Under the pieces are notes generated by a model. The model was given only the letters and a program-made list of their open reading frames with translations. It did no database searches and was not told the origin of the DNA. Below are positions 21,115-33,673 of a stretch of 64,000 nt of DNA, one piece after another (positions within the stretch are counted from its first letter, which is position 1; every line of letters starts with the position of its first letter). Both the position numbers and the translations under genes were made by a program. Origin of the DNA: an uncultured Alphaproteobacteria bacterium (GTDB taxonomy: Bacteria > Pseudomonadota > Alphaproteobacteria > Rickettsiales > JALZUV01); assembly GCA_963837025.1 (NCBI GenBank), contig CAWILT010000002.1, positions 124,737 to 188,736 on the forward strand, given 5' to 3'.

Positions 21115-22390
21115 TATGACATCATTGCCTTACTCGCACAATATTAGCACCGCACTGGATAGCCACTTACACGCCAATGGCGCTGCACAATCGAAATTGG
21201 ATGCTGAACTGGCGCGTATTCCGGATATTCTAGCCGAATTGATGCAGCGCAACCAAAAAGGTGAGCTTTCCGTTTTGTCTGAGCCATTTAATAATGACAC
21301 CGCAGAAATTGAGCGCATCGCTGAGAAAATTCGCGGCAAATTTTCGCATTTGGTGGTGATGGGCACAGGTGGCTCAAGCCTAGGCGCGATGACGCTTTGC
21401 AGCCTGACACAGCCGCGTTTTGGCAGTAATGCAATGACCACACATTTTATTGATAATACTGATCCGAACACGATGGAACAGCTTTATAGCCAGCTGCCCC
21501 TTGCGGATACATTCTTTTTATTCGTCAGCAAATCAGGCAATACCGTTGAAACTATGATGCAAGCAATGTTGACCATTCAACAGCTTGAAAGGCAAAGCCT
21601 GCCGCCTAAAGAGCATTGTTTGTGTATTTCCATGCCGGGTGAGCGCTCACTTCGCAGTTTAGCCACCACATATAATATGGAAATTTACGATCATGATGCT
21701 GAATTAGGTGGACGTTTTTCGGTTCTATCTATTGTAGGATTATTGCCTGCGGCCGTTGCAGGTATTGATATTGCCGCTCTTCGGGCTGGCGCGCAAGCCG
21801 TAATGGATGATTGCAAAGCAAGCCCTAAAACAGCGCCTGCTGCTGTAGGTGCTGCGCTGAACTACACACTCAGCCAGCAAGGCATCACCCTTTCGGTCTT
21901 AATGCCTTATGTTGATAGATTGCAGAATTTTGGTAAATGGTATCAACAATTATGGGGCGAATCGGTGGGTAAAGAAGGTAAAGGCACCACCGCTATTGCA
22001 GCGCTCGGTGCGGTAGATCAACATAGCCAATTACAACTATATACGGAAGGCCCAAAAGATAAACTCATTAGTTTTGTAACATTGGATACTAAGGGCACAG
22101 GTGAAAAGATTGACGCTGAACTCGCGCAAGCGATTGATATGGCCTATTTAGGCGGCTTAACGATAGGCGATGTTATTGCCGCACAAGCCAAGGCAACCCA
22201 ACAGAGCCTCTCAAACTATCATGTGCCAACACGCCATTTTGCCTTAAAGGATGATTCTGCCTTCACCATTGGCGCATTATTGCAGCATTTTATGATGGAA
22301 ACGATCTTGATGGCAGGACTAATGGGTGTGGATGCTTTTAATCAGCCCGGCGTTGAAGAAAGCAAGCAAATCACTCGAGAAATCTTGTAA
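21101..22390 (+). CDS. pgi: Glucose-6-phosphate isomerase
   Basis: GTGGSSLG, SKSGNTVET, GGRFSVLS, QLWGESVGK, DQHSQLQLY and FNQPGVE motifs. Confidence 0.95.
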   Translation: METHNMTSLPYSHNISTALDSHLHANGAAQSKLDAELARIPDILAELMQRNQKGELSVLSEPFNNDTAEIERIAEKIRGKFSHLVVMGTGGSSLGAMTLCSLTQPRFGSNAMTTHFIDNTDPNTMEQLYSQLPLADTFFLFVSKSGNTVETMMQAMLTIQQLERQSLPPKEHCLCISMPGERSLRSLATTYNMEIYDHDAELGGRFSVLSIVGLLPAAVAGIDIAALRAGAQAVMDDCKASPKTAPAAVGAALNYTLSQQGITLSVLMPYVDRLQNFGKWYQQLWGESVGKEGKGTTAIAALGAVDQHSQLQLYTEGPKDKLISFVTLDTKGTGEKIDAELAQAIDMAYLGGLTIGDVIAAQAKATQQSLSNYHVPTRHFALKDDSAFTIGALLQHFMMETILMAGLMGVDAFNQPGVEESKQITREIL

Positions 22391-22427
22391 AGGTTGCTAA
22401 ACTGCTCATAGCCTCGTAGAACGAGTT

Positions 22428-25240
<2,813 letters not shown>

Positions 25241-25264
25241 GCACTTACTTTGCGTTTAAAACGC

Positions 25265-25305
25265 AAACAGTCCCTTGGAACCGACTGGTTCTAAGGGACT
25301 GTTTT
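25265..25305. terminator. Long hairpin terminator after ilvC (probably bidirectional)
   Basis: AAACAGTCCCTTGGAACC-GACT-GGTTCTAAGGGACTGTTT, an 18-bp stem with one G-U pair. Confidence 0.85.
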
Positions 25306-25313
25306 ACGTGAGC

Positions 25314-25595
25314 TTATACTATCAGGAGATAGTATACTATGTATGCCCAATAAGCTGCAGAATAGGCTCCGCAGGACAACCGCATTAGTGGTTGTTCAAA
25401 GTCTTCGTCATCACCCTCCTCTTTACCTATAATGGCATAAAGAAGAACTAGTCCGCTCACTAGCGCAATAATGATCGACATGATGCCAGCCGTATCTTGC
25501 CATGCAAAGCAAGAAACTTTCGCCAACACCAATCCCATGCAAAATGCAGAGAACGTAACTAGGGTGATTACGATTTTTTTCGAATGATTTTCCAT
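25314..25595 (-). CDS. Orphan small 3-TM membrane protein
   Basis: 93-aa ATG ORF with three hydrophobic helices and an acidic loop (EEGDDEDFE); ends just before a terminator hairpin. Confidence 0.6.
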   Translation of the reverse strand: MENHSKKIVITLVTFSAFCMGLVLAKVSCFAWQDTAGIMSIIIALVSGLVLLYAIIGKEEGDDEDFEQPLMRLSCGAYSAAYWAYIVYYLLIV

Positions 25596-25771
25596 TTTGA
25601 AATTTTAAAGGTTAACCTTTTCCACATCCTACAAACGCTTTGTTTACGTTTGATTATATTGTCTGATAATTCAGAATACACGCGGAGGTGAAGAAGGAAC
25701 CTTGAGGTTATCACAGGTGTGGTGTGTGGTGTGTGGCAATTGCGTGAAGATTTTACGGCGTCCACCGAATA

Positions 25772-25856
25772 ATCATTCTGAATTTATTCAAGAATCTATG
25801 CTTCAGCAAATTTCACGCTAACGGCAGGATGGATCCTGAAACAAGTTCAAGATGAC
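25772..25856. repeat. Degenerate palindromic (REP/RPE-like) element
   Basis: Arms ATCATTCTGAATTTATTCAAGAATCT and GGATCCTGAAACAAGTTCAAGATGAC are imperfect inverted repeats resembling the GTCATCCTGAACTTGTTTCAGGATCT-type repeat family. Confidence 0.65.
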
Positions 25857-25872
25857 AGTCCCTTTTAGAGTT

Positions 25873-25924
25873 AAATGGCCATCCATGCCAAAAGCCTCGC
25901 CCATTACTACGGCTACTTTTGCTT
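25873..25924 (-). pseudogene. Displaced 52-bp fragment of the aspC 3' region
   Basis: 48/52 identical to 26435-26486; still encodes AKVAVVMGEAFGMDGH; all four differences are synonymous. Confidence 0.9.
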
Positions 25925-25937
25925 AATTTAGCCTTAT

Positions 25938-25982
25938 AAAAAGAGAAAGCCCCCACACCACTCAAAGGGTATAAGGACTTTC
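25938..25982 (-). terminator. Minus-strand terminator of the 26005-26196 gene
   Basis: GAAAGUCCUUAUACC/GGUGUGGGGGCUUUC pairs fully (four G-U) only on the minus strand, followed by UCUUUUU. Confidence 0.7.
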
Positions 25983-26004
25983 AAAAACTGTTATGAGGCT
26001 GAGT

Positions 26005-26196
26005 CTAACGACGCATTCTCATTATTCCTCCTGTAAGGGCACAGATTGCACCAAAGGCACAAAGCCAGGTTGCCCAAGTAGCTTTATTCTCTAAAGCAAC
26101 TCCAACTACGACTAGCGCGTTGATGAATGCCATGAGGAAGAATATGGTTGCACCTTTTTGTCTAGCGGTGATGGCTAGGTATTGGAACTTGTTCAT
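26005..26196 (-). CDS. Orphan small 2-TM membrane protein (63 aa)
   Basis: MNKFQYLAITARQKGATIFFLMAF...GGIMRMRR; two TM helices with basic termini; followed by a strand-specific terminator. Confidence 0.55.
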   Translation of the reverse strand: MNKFQYLAITARQKGATIFFLMAFINALVVVGVALENKATWATWLCAFGAICALTGGIMRMRR

Positions 26197-26355
26197 AGTG
26201 TGAAATTTATTGTCGCAATGCAAAAAGCGGGGTTAGCGCTAAAATCGAGTGATGGTGAATCCATCAAAAGTTGCTTGCAACAAGGTGAACATTGATATTA
26301 ACCTATAAATATTTCAGTTTTATGACAGCTTGAAAATTTAATCAAAAACTGTGTT

Positions 26356-27543
26356 TTATAGCTTCGCCACGGCCTTTGCGATGCGCTCACAGGCGTTTTC
26401 GAGCACCTTATCGCTGGTGGCGTAGCTGATGCGGAAATGGCCATCCATGCCAAAAGCCTCACCCATAACCACGGCCACTTTTGCTTCCTCAAGCAAATAA
26501 TCGCTAAAGTCAGTAGCGGTTTTGAGTTTACCGCCTAGCAAGCTTTTACAGCTAGGGAACACATAAAATGCACCATCGGGGGTAAGGCAATCAATGCCTT
26601 CAATTGCGTTGAGCTTGGCCACCACCAAATCGCGGCGGCGCGCAAAGGCGTTACGCCACTCGTTTAGAAAATCTTGCGTGCCGTTTAAAGCCTCCACCGC
26701 TGCCGCCTGACTAATAGAACAGGGGTTTGATGTGCTTTGCGATTGAATCTTGGTCATGGCTTTAATCATCGCTGCGGGGCCTCCAGCATAACCAATACGC
26801 CAGCCTGTCATCGCATAGGCTTTTGATACGCCGTTCACAGTAAGAATACGATTTTTCAACTGCGGGGCGAGCTGCGCAAGTGTGTAGAATTTCGTTTCGC
26901 CATACACTAAATGCTCATAGATATCGTCAGACATTACCAATAAATGCGGGTGACGTTCAATCACTTCGATTAAGGCTTCCAGCTCAGCTTTGGTATAAAC
27001 CGCACCTGTTGGGTTTGAAGGACTATTTAAAATCAGCCATTTTGATTTTTTGGTAATTGCAGCTTCTAAGCTTTGAGCAGTGAGTTTAAATCCTTGTTCT
27101 GCAGGGCAATCAATGACCACGGGCAACCCTTCCGCAAAACGTGTCATATCAGGATATGAAACCCAGTAAGGTGAGGGAATGATGACTTCATCTCCCGGAT
27201 TAATCGTAGCCAGTAACGCATTGAAAATAACTTGTTTTCCACCGCACCCTACCATGATTTCATCAGCGGAATAGTCAATCTGATTTTCGCGTTTAAATTT
27301 ACCAATTATGGCATTGATGAGTGCTTTGGTTCCCCCTACTGGAGTGTAGCGCGTTTGCCCTTCATCCATCGCTTTTTTGGCGGCATCGCGCACATGTAAG
27401 GGTGTGTCAAAATCGGGTTCGCCTGCACCTAAGCCGATGACATCAATGCCATCGGCTTTCATTTGCGCGGCTTTTGCCGTCACCGCCATGGTAGGCGAGG
27501 GTTTAACAGCATTCAAACGGTCAGCTAAAATTAAGGTAGACAT
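26356..27543 (-). CDS. aspC: Aspartate aminotransferase (class I PLP)
   Basis: GAGEPDFDTP, PYWVSY, NSPSNPTG, SDDIYE and NGVSKAYAMTGWRIGY motifs. Confidence 0.95.
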   Translation of the reverse strand: MSTLILADRLNAVKPSPTMAVTAKAAQMKADGIDVIGLGAGEPDFDTPLHVRDAAKKAMDEGQTRYTPVGGTKALINAIIGKFKRENQIDYSADEIMVGCGGKQVIFNALLATINPGDEVIIPSPYWVSYPDMTRFAEGLPVVIDCPAEQGFKLTAQSLEAAITKKSKWLILNSPSNPTGAVYTKAELEALIEVIERHPHLLVMSDDIYEHLVYGETKFYTLAQLAPQLKNRILTVNGVSKAYAMTGWRIGYAGGPAAMIKAMTKIQSQSTSNPCSISQAAAVEALNGTQDFLNEWRNAFARRRDLVVAKLNAIEGIDCLTPDGAFYVFPSCKSLLGGKLKTATDFSDYLLEEAKVAVVMGEAFGMDGHFRISYATSDKVLENACERIAKAVAKL

Positions 27544-27546
27544 GTT

Positions 27547-28635
27547 TTACTCTATTGTTGGGGATAGGGTTGGAGGTGATAAATTTTCTGGCGTTGGCGT
27601 AACACCCATAGGCGCTTCTGGCAAGCGGTTGCTTTCTAATTTTTCAGGATAGGAAATATCAATAAGCACCATGTCCGTAGGCCATTTAAAATCAGCGGGA
27701 AAAGGCTTCATTTTATAGGTGCTTTGCAGTGGCTCTGCCGCCTTAAAGGGTTTAGCTAACGGCGCTAAATAATCGGGCACTAATGCCAAGGTGTAAAGAC
27801 CGCCCGGCGCCATTTGCGTCACGCCGCGTTCCACCCCATAAGGCATATGGTTTTGGCCAATAATGAAATAGGCAGGATCAGTATTTCGGTTATCAAACAA
27901 TAGTTCGCCGGTGTTAGACCAGATGGCCATATTCAATGGGGCTATATCGCCGCATTGTAGGCCCAATCCACTGGAGCTGCGCGCTACAAAGCGCCTTATA
28001 GGCAGTTGCGCTTCCGGCAATTGAGGCGAGATGCTTACTAACTCAATCGTTATTTGCGTGTTTAAGAGCGCGACATCTTCAAGTTGATCTTGCGTTTTTT
28101 GTAAAGTAGGCGGCACGGTAAGCTGCCGCACTTCACCCACTTTCATACCCTCTATTCCGCGAGTAATGCCTAACGGTATGCGAGAGGAGCCAAGCTGTAA
28201 CGACCGCGTTTTAGAGATTTTCTGGTTTTCACCATAGCCTTCAATCAATCGATAGGTAATGGTTTGCCCGCATATCGCACTATCACCCTTGCCTTCTTGC
28301 AGAGTGGTTTGCAACACTGCAGGGCGCTTATCGGGTATAAGATTTGAAAATCCGGGCATCTGCATAGCCGTTTCAAGCTTGTCTATTGCGCTATTATCAT
28401 GATTCGTTTCTACCAACGCCATTTGCTGATTAAGCGTGCTCAACAACCCTGCATCACCCCCTTTTTGTAAAAAGCTATAGAGGCCGTATAAAATAAAGGC
28501 TAAGGCGATAAAATTAAAGATTGCCGGCGTAAATTTTGATGATTTGCTGGGAGCGTCAGTTGGTGGCAAATAAATCTTTTTGGGGCGTTTGCCGCCTAGC
28601 CGTGCATCTTCATTTTGAGGATCATCATTAACCAT
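27547..28635 (-). CDS. Membrane-anchored tandem FKBP-type PPIase-like protein
   Basis: One TM helix, then EGKGDSAICGQ..GIEGMKVGEVRQLTVPP and a second diverged repeat QCGD..GVERGVTQMAPGG. Confidence 0.7.
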   Translation of the reverse strand: MVNDDPQNEDARLGGKRPKKIYLPPTDAPSKSSKFTPAIFNFIALAFILYGLYSFLQKGGDAGLLSTLNQQMALVETNHDNSAIDKLETAMQMPGFSNLIPDKRPAVLQTTLQEGKGDSAICGQTITYRLIEGYGENQKISKTRSLQLGSSRIPLGITRGIEGMKVGEVRQLTVPPTLQKTQDQLEDVALLNTQITIELVSISPQLPEAQLPIRRFVARSSSGLGLQCGDIAPLNMAIWSNTGELLFDNRNTDPAYFIIGQNHMPYGVERGVTQMAPGGLYTLALVPDYLAPLAKPFKAAEPLQSTYKMKPFPADFKWPTDMVLIDISYPEKLESNRLPEAPMGVTPTPENLSPPTLSPTIE

Positions 28636-28637
28636 CG

Positions 28638-29192
28638 CTAAAACTGCCTTATGCCATATTTAAGATAATTATAGCCTGTATATACCGTAAGCCCTGCTGC
28701 AATCCAAAGCAAAGCTAATCCTCCATATTCGCCACCTAGCCAAACAGGCGTAACGGGACCGAGCAGTAAAAAGAATAGCGCACCCATTTGGACGGCCGTT
28801 TTCCATTTTGCTAAACGCGTGACCGGTACAATAATTTTCAACTCTGCCAAAAACTCGCGCAATCCGGATACGAGAATTTCGCGGCATAAAATACCGATGG
28901 CGGGCAGAATATGCCATCCTTCGATCACGCGTGCATCCACTAATAAAATCAGAATGGCGGCAACCAGCAATTTATCGGCTATCGGATCTAAGAAGCGCCC
29001 TAGGCTTGATTGCACTTGCCATTTACGCGCGAGATACCCATCAAAGAAATCGGATATACTGGCAATAATAAATAGAAATGCTGCGAGCCAATTACCCACA
29101 CCATCGGGTACATAAAAAACCGCCAGCATCAAAGGAATAAATAAGATGCGTATGGCGGTAATGTAATTGGGAATATTTTGTTTGGTAAACAT
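28638..29192 (-). CDS. pgsA: CDP-diacylglycerol--glycerol-3-phosphate 3-phosphatidyltransferase
   Basis: NIPNYIT.IR, SDFFDGYLAR..GRFLDPIADK, REILVSGLRE and KWKTAVQM motifs. Confidence 0.96.
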   Translation of the reverse strand: MFTKQNIPNYITAIRILFIPLMLAVFYVPDGVGNWLAAFLFIIASISDFFDGYLARKWQVQSSLGRFLDPIADKLLVAAILILLVDARVIEGWHILPAIGILCREILVSGLREFLAELKIIVPVTRLAKWKTAVQMGALFFLLLGPVTPVWLGGEYGGLALLWIAAGLTVYTGYNYLKYGIRQF

Positions 29193-29253
29193 AGCTTTGC
29201 TTATCTTAAATGATAGCGGTTGATATGCCAATCATATCTGCTAAATAAGTGCT

Positions 29254-29769
29254 ATGAAAAAAATACTCTTAATTAGCTTGGTTCTATTGTCACTCACCGC
29301 TTGTGATATCTTAAAAAATGGCGTGCAAGATACCCCGCTAACCGGCGAAGATGAACGCGAAGCAAGACGCGGCAAATTAACCGGTGAAGATGGCTTTAAT
29401 TTACTAGGTGGCGGCGATAATAGTGAAGATGGCGCACGTCTTGGCGTTAATAGCTATCTATGGCGCGCTACATTAGATACCCTTTCATTCATGCCATTTG
29501 CAGCAGCCGACCCTTTTGGCGGCACCGTGTTGACCGATTGGTATGAAGATCCTGCAGTGGCAGGCGAGCGTTTTAAAATTAATGCGTTGATCATGGACAG
29601 CACACTGCGCACCGACGCGATTAAGCTTACCTTATTTAAACAAGCTTATGATGTTAATGGCGGCTGGCGTGATATTAAAGTGAACCCAGAAGTAGCACGT
29701 AAGCTTGAAAATACGATTCTTACCCGCGCACGTGAATTACGGGTGAATCGCCTTCAGACTAAATCCTAA
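29254..29769 (+). CDS. DUF3576 lipoprotein
   Basis: Lipobox LTAC; GVNSYLWRATLDTLSFMP..DPFGG...TDWY..ILTRARELR; upstream of leuS. Confidence 0.9.
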   Translation: MKKILLISLVLLSLTACDILKNGVQDTPLTGEDEREARRGKLTGEDGFNLLGGGDNSEDGARLGVNSYLWRATLDTLSFMPFAAADPFGGTVLTDWYEDPAVAGERFKINALIMDSTLRTDAIKLTLFKQAYDVNGGWRDIKVNPEVARKLENTILTRARELRVNRLQTKS

Positions 29770-29787
29770 TTCAAGGACTACCTTTTT

Positions 29788-32307
29788 ATGACTGAAACTC
29801 CTGAGCGTTATCCTTTCCGCGCGGCCGAACAAAAATGGCAAAAAAGATGGGCTAATAAAGCATGTTTTAAGGCAGATGAAGCCAGCACAAAACCAAAATA
29901 TTATGTGTTAGAGATGTTCCCCTATCCTTCTGGTAACATACATATGGGGCATGTGCGCAATTATACTTTAGGCGATGTAGTCGCACGTTCACGCAAAGCA
30001 CAAGGCTATAATGTATTGCACCCGATTGGTTGGGATGCATTTGGTTTGCCGGCCGAAAATGCTGCAATCGAACGCAATATACATCCTGCTGATTGGACTA
30101 AACAAAATATTGCTTCCATGCGCGAACAGCTCAAAACGATAGGTTTTTCTTATGATTGGAGCCGTGAGTTAGCAACCTGCGATCCTGATTATTATAAGCA
30201 TGAACAAAAGTTTTTTCTCGATTTTGTTAAGCATGGTTTGGCGTATCGCAAAGAATCTTATGTAAACTGGGATCCGGTTGATAATACGGTTTTAGCCAAT
30301 GAACAGGTAGTGGATGGGAAGGGCTGGCGGTCGGGCGCGTTGGTTGAACGCCGCAAATTAAACCAATGGTTTTTGAAAACGACCGAATTTTCGGATGATT
30401 TACTCGAATCGTTAGATGAACTACCCCAATGGCCCGATCGTGTGAAATTAATGCAGGAAAAATGGATCGGAAAATCCACAGGCGCAAGCATTCATTTTAA
30501 TGTAAATGATGGTCAAACATTAGAAGTATATACCACCCGTCCTGATACACTTTATGGAATGAGTTTTGCCGCAATCGCGCCAGCACATCCGATTGCTTTA
30601 AAATTAGCTAAATCAGATGCTTCAATGGCTAAGTTCATTGAAGACTGTAACCGAATTGGAACTTCAGAAGAAGCTATTGAAAAAGCCGAGAAACTAGGTT
30701 TTGATACGGGATTAAAAGTGAAAAATCCGTTTACAGGAAAAGAGCATCCACTCTATATCGCAAACTTCGTTTTAATGGATTATGGCACGGGCGCCATTTT
30801 CGCCTGCCCCGCCCACGACCAGCGTGATTTTGAGTTTGCCCAAAAATACCATCTGCCCATCCTATGCGTCATTGAAAATGAAAATGCTGCAACGTTAGAA
30901 AAAGCCTATATTGGCGATGGTGTACTGATCAATTCAGACTTTTTAAATGGATTACCAAGCGATGAGGCAAAAGAAAAAGCCGTTCAGAAACTTGAATCAC
31001 TTAAAGTGGGTACGCGCCAAACCAATTATCGTTTGCGCGATTGGGGCATTTCACGTCAACGCTACTGGGGCTGCCCTATCCCGATGATTCATTGCGCTGA
31101 ATGTGGTATTGTGCCCGTGCCGCTTGATCAATTACCCGTAGAATTGCCAAAGGATGTTACGTTTGACCAACCCGGCAACCCGCTTGACCACCACCCCAGC
31201 TGGAAACATGTTGATTGCCCTGAATGTGGCGCAAAGGCGCAACGCGAAACCGATACCTTTGATACGTTTTTTGAATCTAGCTGGTATTTCGCCCAATTTA
31301 CTGCAACCAACCAAACCGAGCAATTTACTGCTAAACAAGCTGATCATTGGCTGGCAGTTGACCAATATATCGGTGGTATTGAACATGCTGTATTACATCT
31401 ACTCTATGCGCGATTTTTTACTAAAGCACTGCGCAAATGTGGCTATCTTAACGTCTCAGAGCCATTTAAAGGCCTCATGACCCAAGGCATGATTTGCCAC
31501 GAAACCTATAAAGATGGCCATGGCGATTGGCTCTACCCTGATCAAATTGAAAAGGATGATCAAGGCGTATGGGTGCATGGTGACAGCAAAAAACCGATTT
31601 TGGTTGGCCGTAGTGAAAAGATGAGCAAATCAAAGCGCAACACGGTTGACCCCCGCAATATTATTGAAAGTTACGGCGCCGATACGGCACGCCTGTTCAT
31701 GCTTTCCGACTCACCACCCGAGCGTGATTTGGAATGGACCGAGAGCGGTGTTGAAGGAGCCTGGCGCTATTTAAATAAGCTTTGGCGCCTTGTTACCATT
31801 CCTGCAGAAGGAGATGAATTTGCTGAAGATGCACTTGCGCTGACGCGCCTCACTCACAAAACCATTTCAGGCGTAACGGACGATATTGAACAATTTCACT
31901 TCAACAAAGCCGTTGCTCGTTTGCGCGAATTGACCAATGCCATAACGGCACATCAAGGGGGCGGAAAGGCTTTGTCAGACGCTATCTCAACCTTATTGCA
32001 GTTATTAAACCCGTTTCTACCGCATTTTACAGAAGAAGCATGGGAGCATTTGGGAAATACACAATGGTTGATAGATACCCCGTGGCCAAAGGCCGATTCT
32101 AGCTTGTTAATTGAAGATTCGGTAACGCTTGGCATTCAAGTGAATGGCAAATTGCGTGGTACCATCGATTTACCTCTAAATCATCCCAAAGATGCGGTGG
32201 AAAAGGCGGCACTAGCAGTGGATAACGTCGCCAAGTTTCTAGATGGGTTAACGGTTCGCAAAGTGATTGTAGTTCCTAATAAAATTGTAAATGTAGTCGC
32301 CGCCTGA
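29788..32307 (+). CDS. leuS: Leucine--tRNA ligase
   Basis: [33 protein letters not shown] and KMSKSK motifs. Confidence 0.99.
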   Translation: MTETPERYPFRAAEQKWQKRWANKACFKADEASTKPKYYVLEMFPYPSGNIHMGHVRNYTLGDVVARSRKAQGYNVLHPIGWDAFGLPAENAAIERNIHPADWTKQNIASMREQLKTIGFSYDWSRELATCDPDYYKHEQKFFLDFVKHGLAYRKESYVNWDPVDNTVLANEQVVDGKGWRSGALVERRKLNQWFLKTTEFSDDLLESLDELPQWPDRVKLMQEKWIGKSTGASIHFNVNDGQTLEVYTTRPDTLYGMSFAAIAPAHPIALKLAKSDASMAKFIEDCNRIGTSEEAIEKAEKLGFDTGLKVKNPFTGKEHPLYIANFVLMDYGTGAIFACPAHDQRDFEFAQKYHLPILCVIENENAATLEKAYIGDGVLINSDFLNGLPSDEAKEKAVQKLESLKVGTRQTNYRLRDWGISRQRYWGCPIPMIHCAECGIVPVPLDQLPVELPKDVTFDQPGNPLDHHPSWKHVDCPECGAKAQRETDTFDTFFESSWYFAQFTATNQTEQFTAKQADHWLAVDQYIGGIEHAVLHLLYARFFTKALRKCGYLNVSEPFKGLMTQGMICHETYKDGHGDWLYPDQIEKDDQGVWVHGDSKKPILVGRSEKMSKSKRNTVDPRNIIESYGADTARLFMLSDSPPERDLEWTESGVEGAWRYLNKLWRLVTIPAEGDEFAEDALALTRLTHKTISGVTDDIEQFHFNKAVARLRELTNAITAHQGGGKALSDAISTLLQLLNPFLPHFTEEAWEHLGNTQWLIDTPWPKADSSLLIEDSVTLGIQVNGKLRGTIDLPLNHPKDAVEKAALAVDNVAKFLDGLTVRKVIVVPNKIVNVVAA

Positions 32308-32327
32308 TTTTACTGCTATTTTAAACT

Positions 32328-33167
32328 ATGCCTAACCTCGTCCATATTATTGCTGGCCCAACGGCAAGTGGTAAGTCGGCCAGCGCAATTGCATTAGCAC
32401 AGCAAAAAAATGGCGTGATTTTAAATGCCGATGCCACGCAATGCTATGCTGACCTTCATATTCTTTCGGCACGACCTGATGCGGATGAGCTTGCGCAAGC
32501 CGAACATCGCCTTTATGGCATATGGAGTGGCAACCAGTTAGCCAGCGTAGGCGATTGGTTATCTATCATTGTGCCGGAAATAAAAAGCTGCTGGCAAAAC
32601 CACCAGTTGCCTATTGTATGTGGTGGCACAGGATTTTATTTAAAAGCGCTGATGGAAGGTTTATCCCCCATCCCCAACATTGCGCCTGCAATCCGCGCAA
32701 AACTAGCGTCACACGATAACTCAGCGTTATATGATGCTCTACTGCACGTTGATAAAAAGGCGGCTATCTCTATCGGGCCGAATAACCGCCAACGCCTTAT
32801 GCGCGCGCTTGAGGTGTGTCAAGGCACTGAAAAAACCATGAGTGCTTGGCAAGCCTTGCCCAAAGAACCACCTTTGAATGAAGCAAACTTTAAGGTGCAC
32901 GTAATTGATATACCGCGAGAAACACTCTATGCCCGCTGTGACGCTCGATTTGATGCCATGTGGAACAAAGGCGCGGTGGCTGAGGTTGAGGCGTTGTTAA
33001 CAAAAGGATACGCCCCCGATTTACCCGTGATGAAAGCGGTAGGAGTGCCTGAAATTGCTGCTTATCTGCGTGGTGAAATGGATAAAGAAGCGGCGAGTGC
33101 ATTGGCTAAACAACACACGCGCCATTATGCTAAGCGCCAGTTAACCTGGCTTCGCAACCAATTTTAA
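32328..33167 (+). CDS. miaA: tRNA dimethylallyltransferase
   Basis: GPTASGKS, GGTGFY, RLMRALEV and TRHYAKRQLTW motifs. Confidence 0.96.
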   Translation: MPNLVHIIAGPTASGKSASAIALAQQKNGVILNADATQCYADLHILSARPDADELAQAEHRLYGIWSGNQLASVGDWLSIIVPEIKSCWQNHQLPIVCGGTGFYLKALMEGLSPIPNIAPAIRAKLASHDNSALYDALLHVDKKAAISIGPNNRQRLMRALEVCQGTEKTMSAWQALPKEPPLNEANFKVHVIDIPRETLYARCDARFDAMWNKGAVAEVEALLTKGYAPDLPVMKAVGVPEIAAYLRGEMDKEAASALAKQHTRHYAKRQLTWLRNQF

Positions 33168-33361
33168 TGAATCACTTCAAACGTGATTTTTACATTAACA
33201 CGAAATTTTGTAACTTCGTTATTGGTTACTACAGTTGAAAACTCTTTAACATAAGCGGATTTAATGTGCTTTACCGTTTTGCTTGCATGCGCCACAGCTT
33301 TTTTGGTCGCATCTTCCCATGATTTGTCAGATTCTGATAATAATTCAATAACTTTAAGCAT
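33164..33361 (-). CDS. Dodecin-family flavin-binding protein
   Basis: KVIELLSESDKSWEDA..A...A.KTV..I...FRVNVKITFEV. Confidence 0.9.
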   Translation of the reverse strand: MLKVIELLSESDKSWEDATKKAVAHASKTVKHIKSAYVKEFSTVVTNNEVTKFRVNVKITFEVIH

Positions 33362-33421
33362 TCTACTCTCCTTGATTAGAGCAGTATCATAATCATATAT
33401 CTGATTTACTCAAGCGATGGG

Positions 33422-33670
33422 CTAACGTTGCGTTTTTTGCGTTGAATTTTCGCTAGTTTTAGCATTTAAACGCTCTTCCCAACTCTCTTGGCGCATATCG
33501 GATAATGCATCCGACACTTTTTGAATTTGCGCTTCCGATAATTGGCCTTTGGCTGATCGCTCGTTAAACCAATCTATTTTATGTGAGGCGGTTTTTAATG
33601 CCATGTTAAATACAGAATCTTTAACGTAGCCATCTGGGTTTAGTAAGTGTTGTTCATTTTTCATATGCAA
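33422..33670 (-). CDS. Hypothetical protein (82 aa)
   Basis: Compact ORF between mrp and dodecin on the same strand; tail SWEERLNAKTSENSTQKTQR. Confidence 0.55.
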   Translation of the reverse strand: MHMKNEQHLLNPDGYVKDSVFNMALKTASHKIDWFNERSAKGQLSEAQIQKVSDALSDMRQESWEERLNAKTSENSTQKTQR

Positions 33671-33673
33671 ATA

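Noticed and set aside
25716-25736. GGTGTGT-type short tandem repeat
   Set aside because: About three short units; no CRISPR-like spacers or other structure.
25873-26486. DGR template/variable repeat pair (three of four mismatches are A in the copy on the coding strand)
   Set aside because: Only 52 bp, all changes are synonymous, one is not at an adenine, the target is a housekeeping enzyme, and no reverse transcriptase is in the window.
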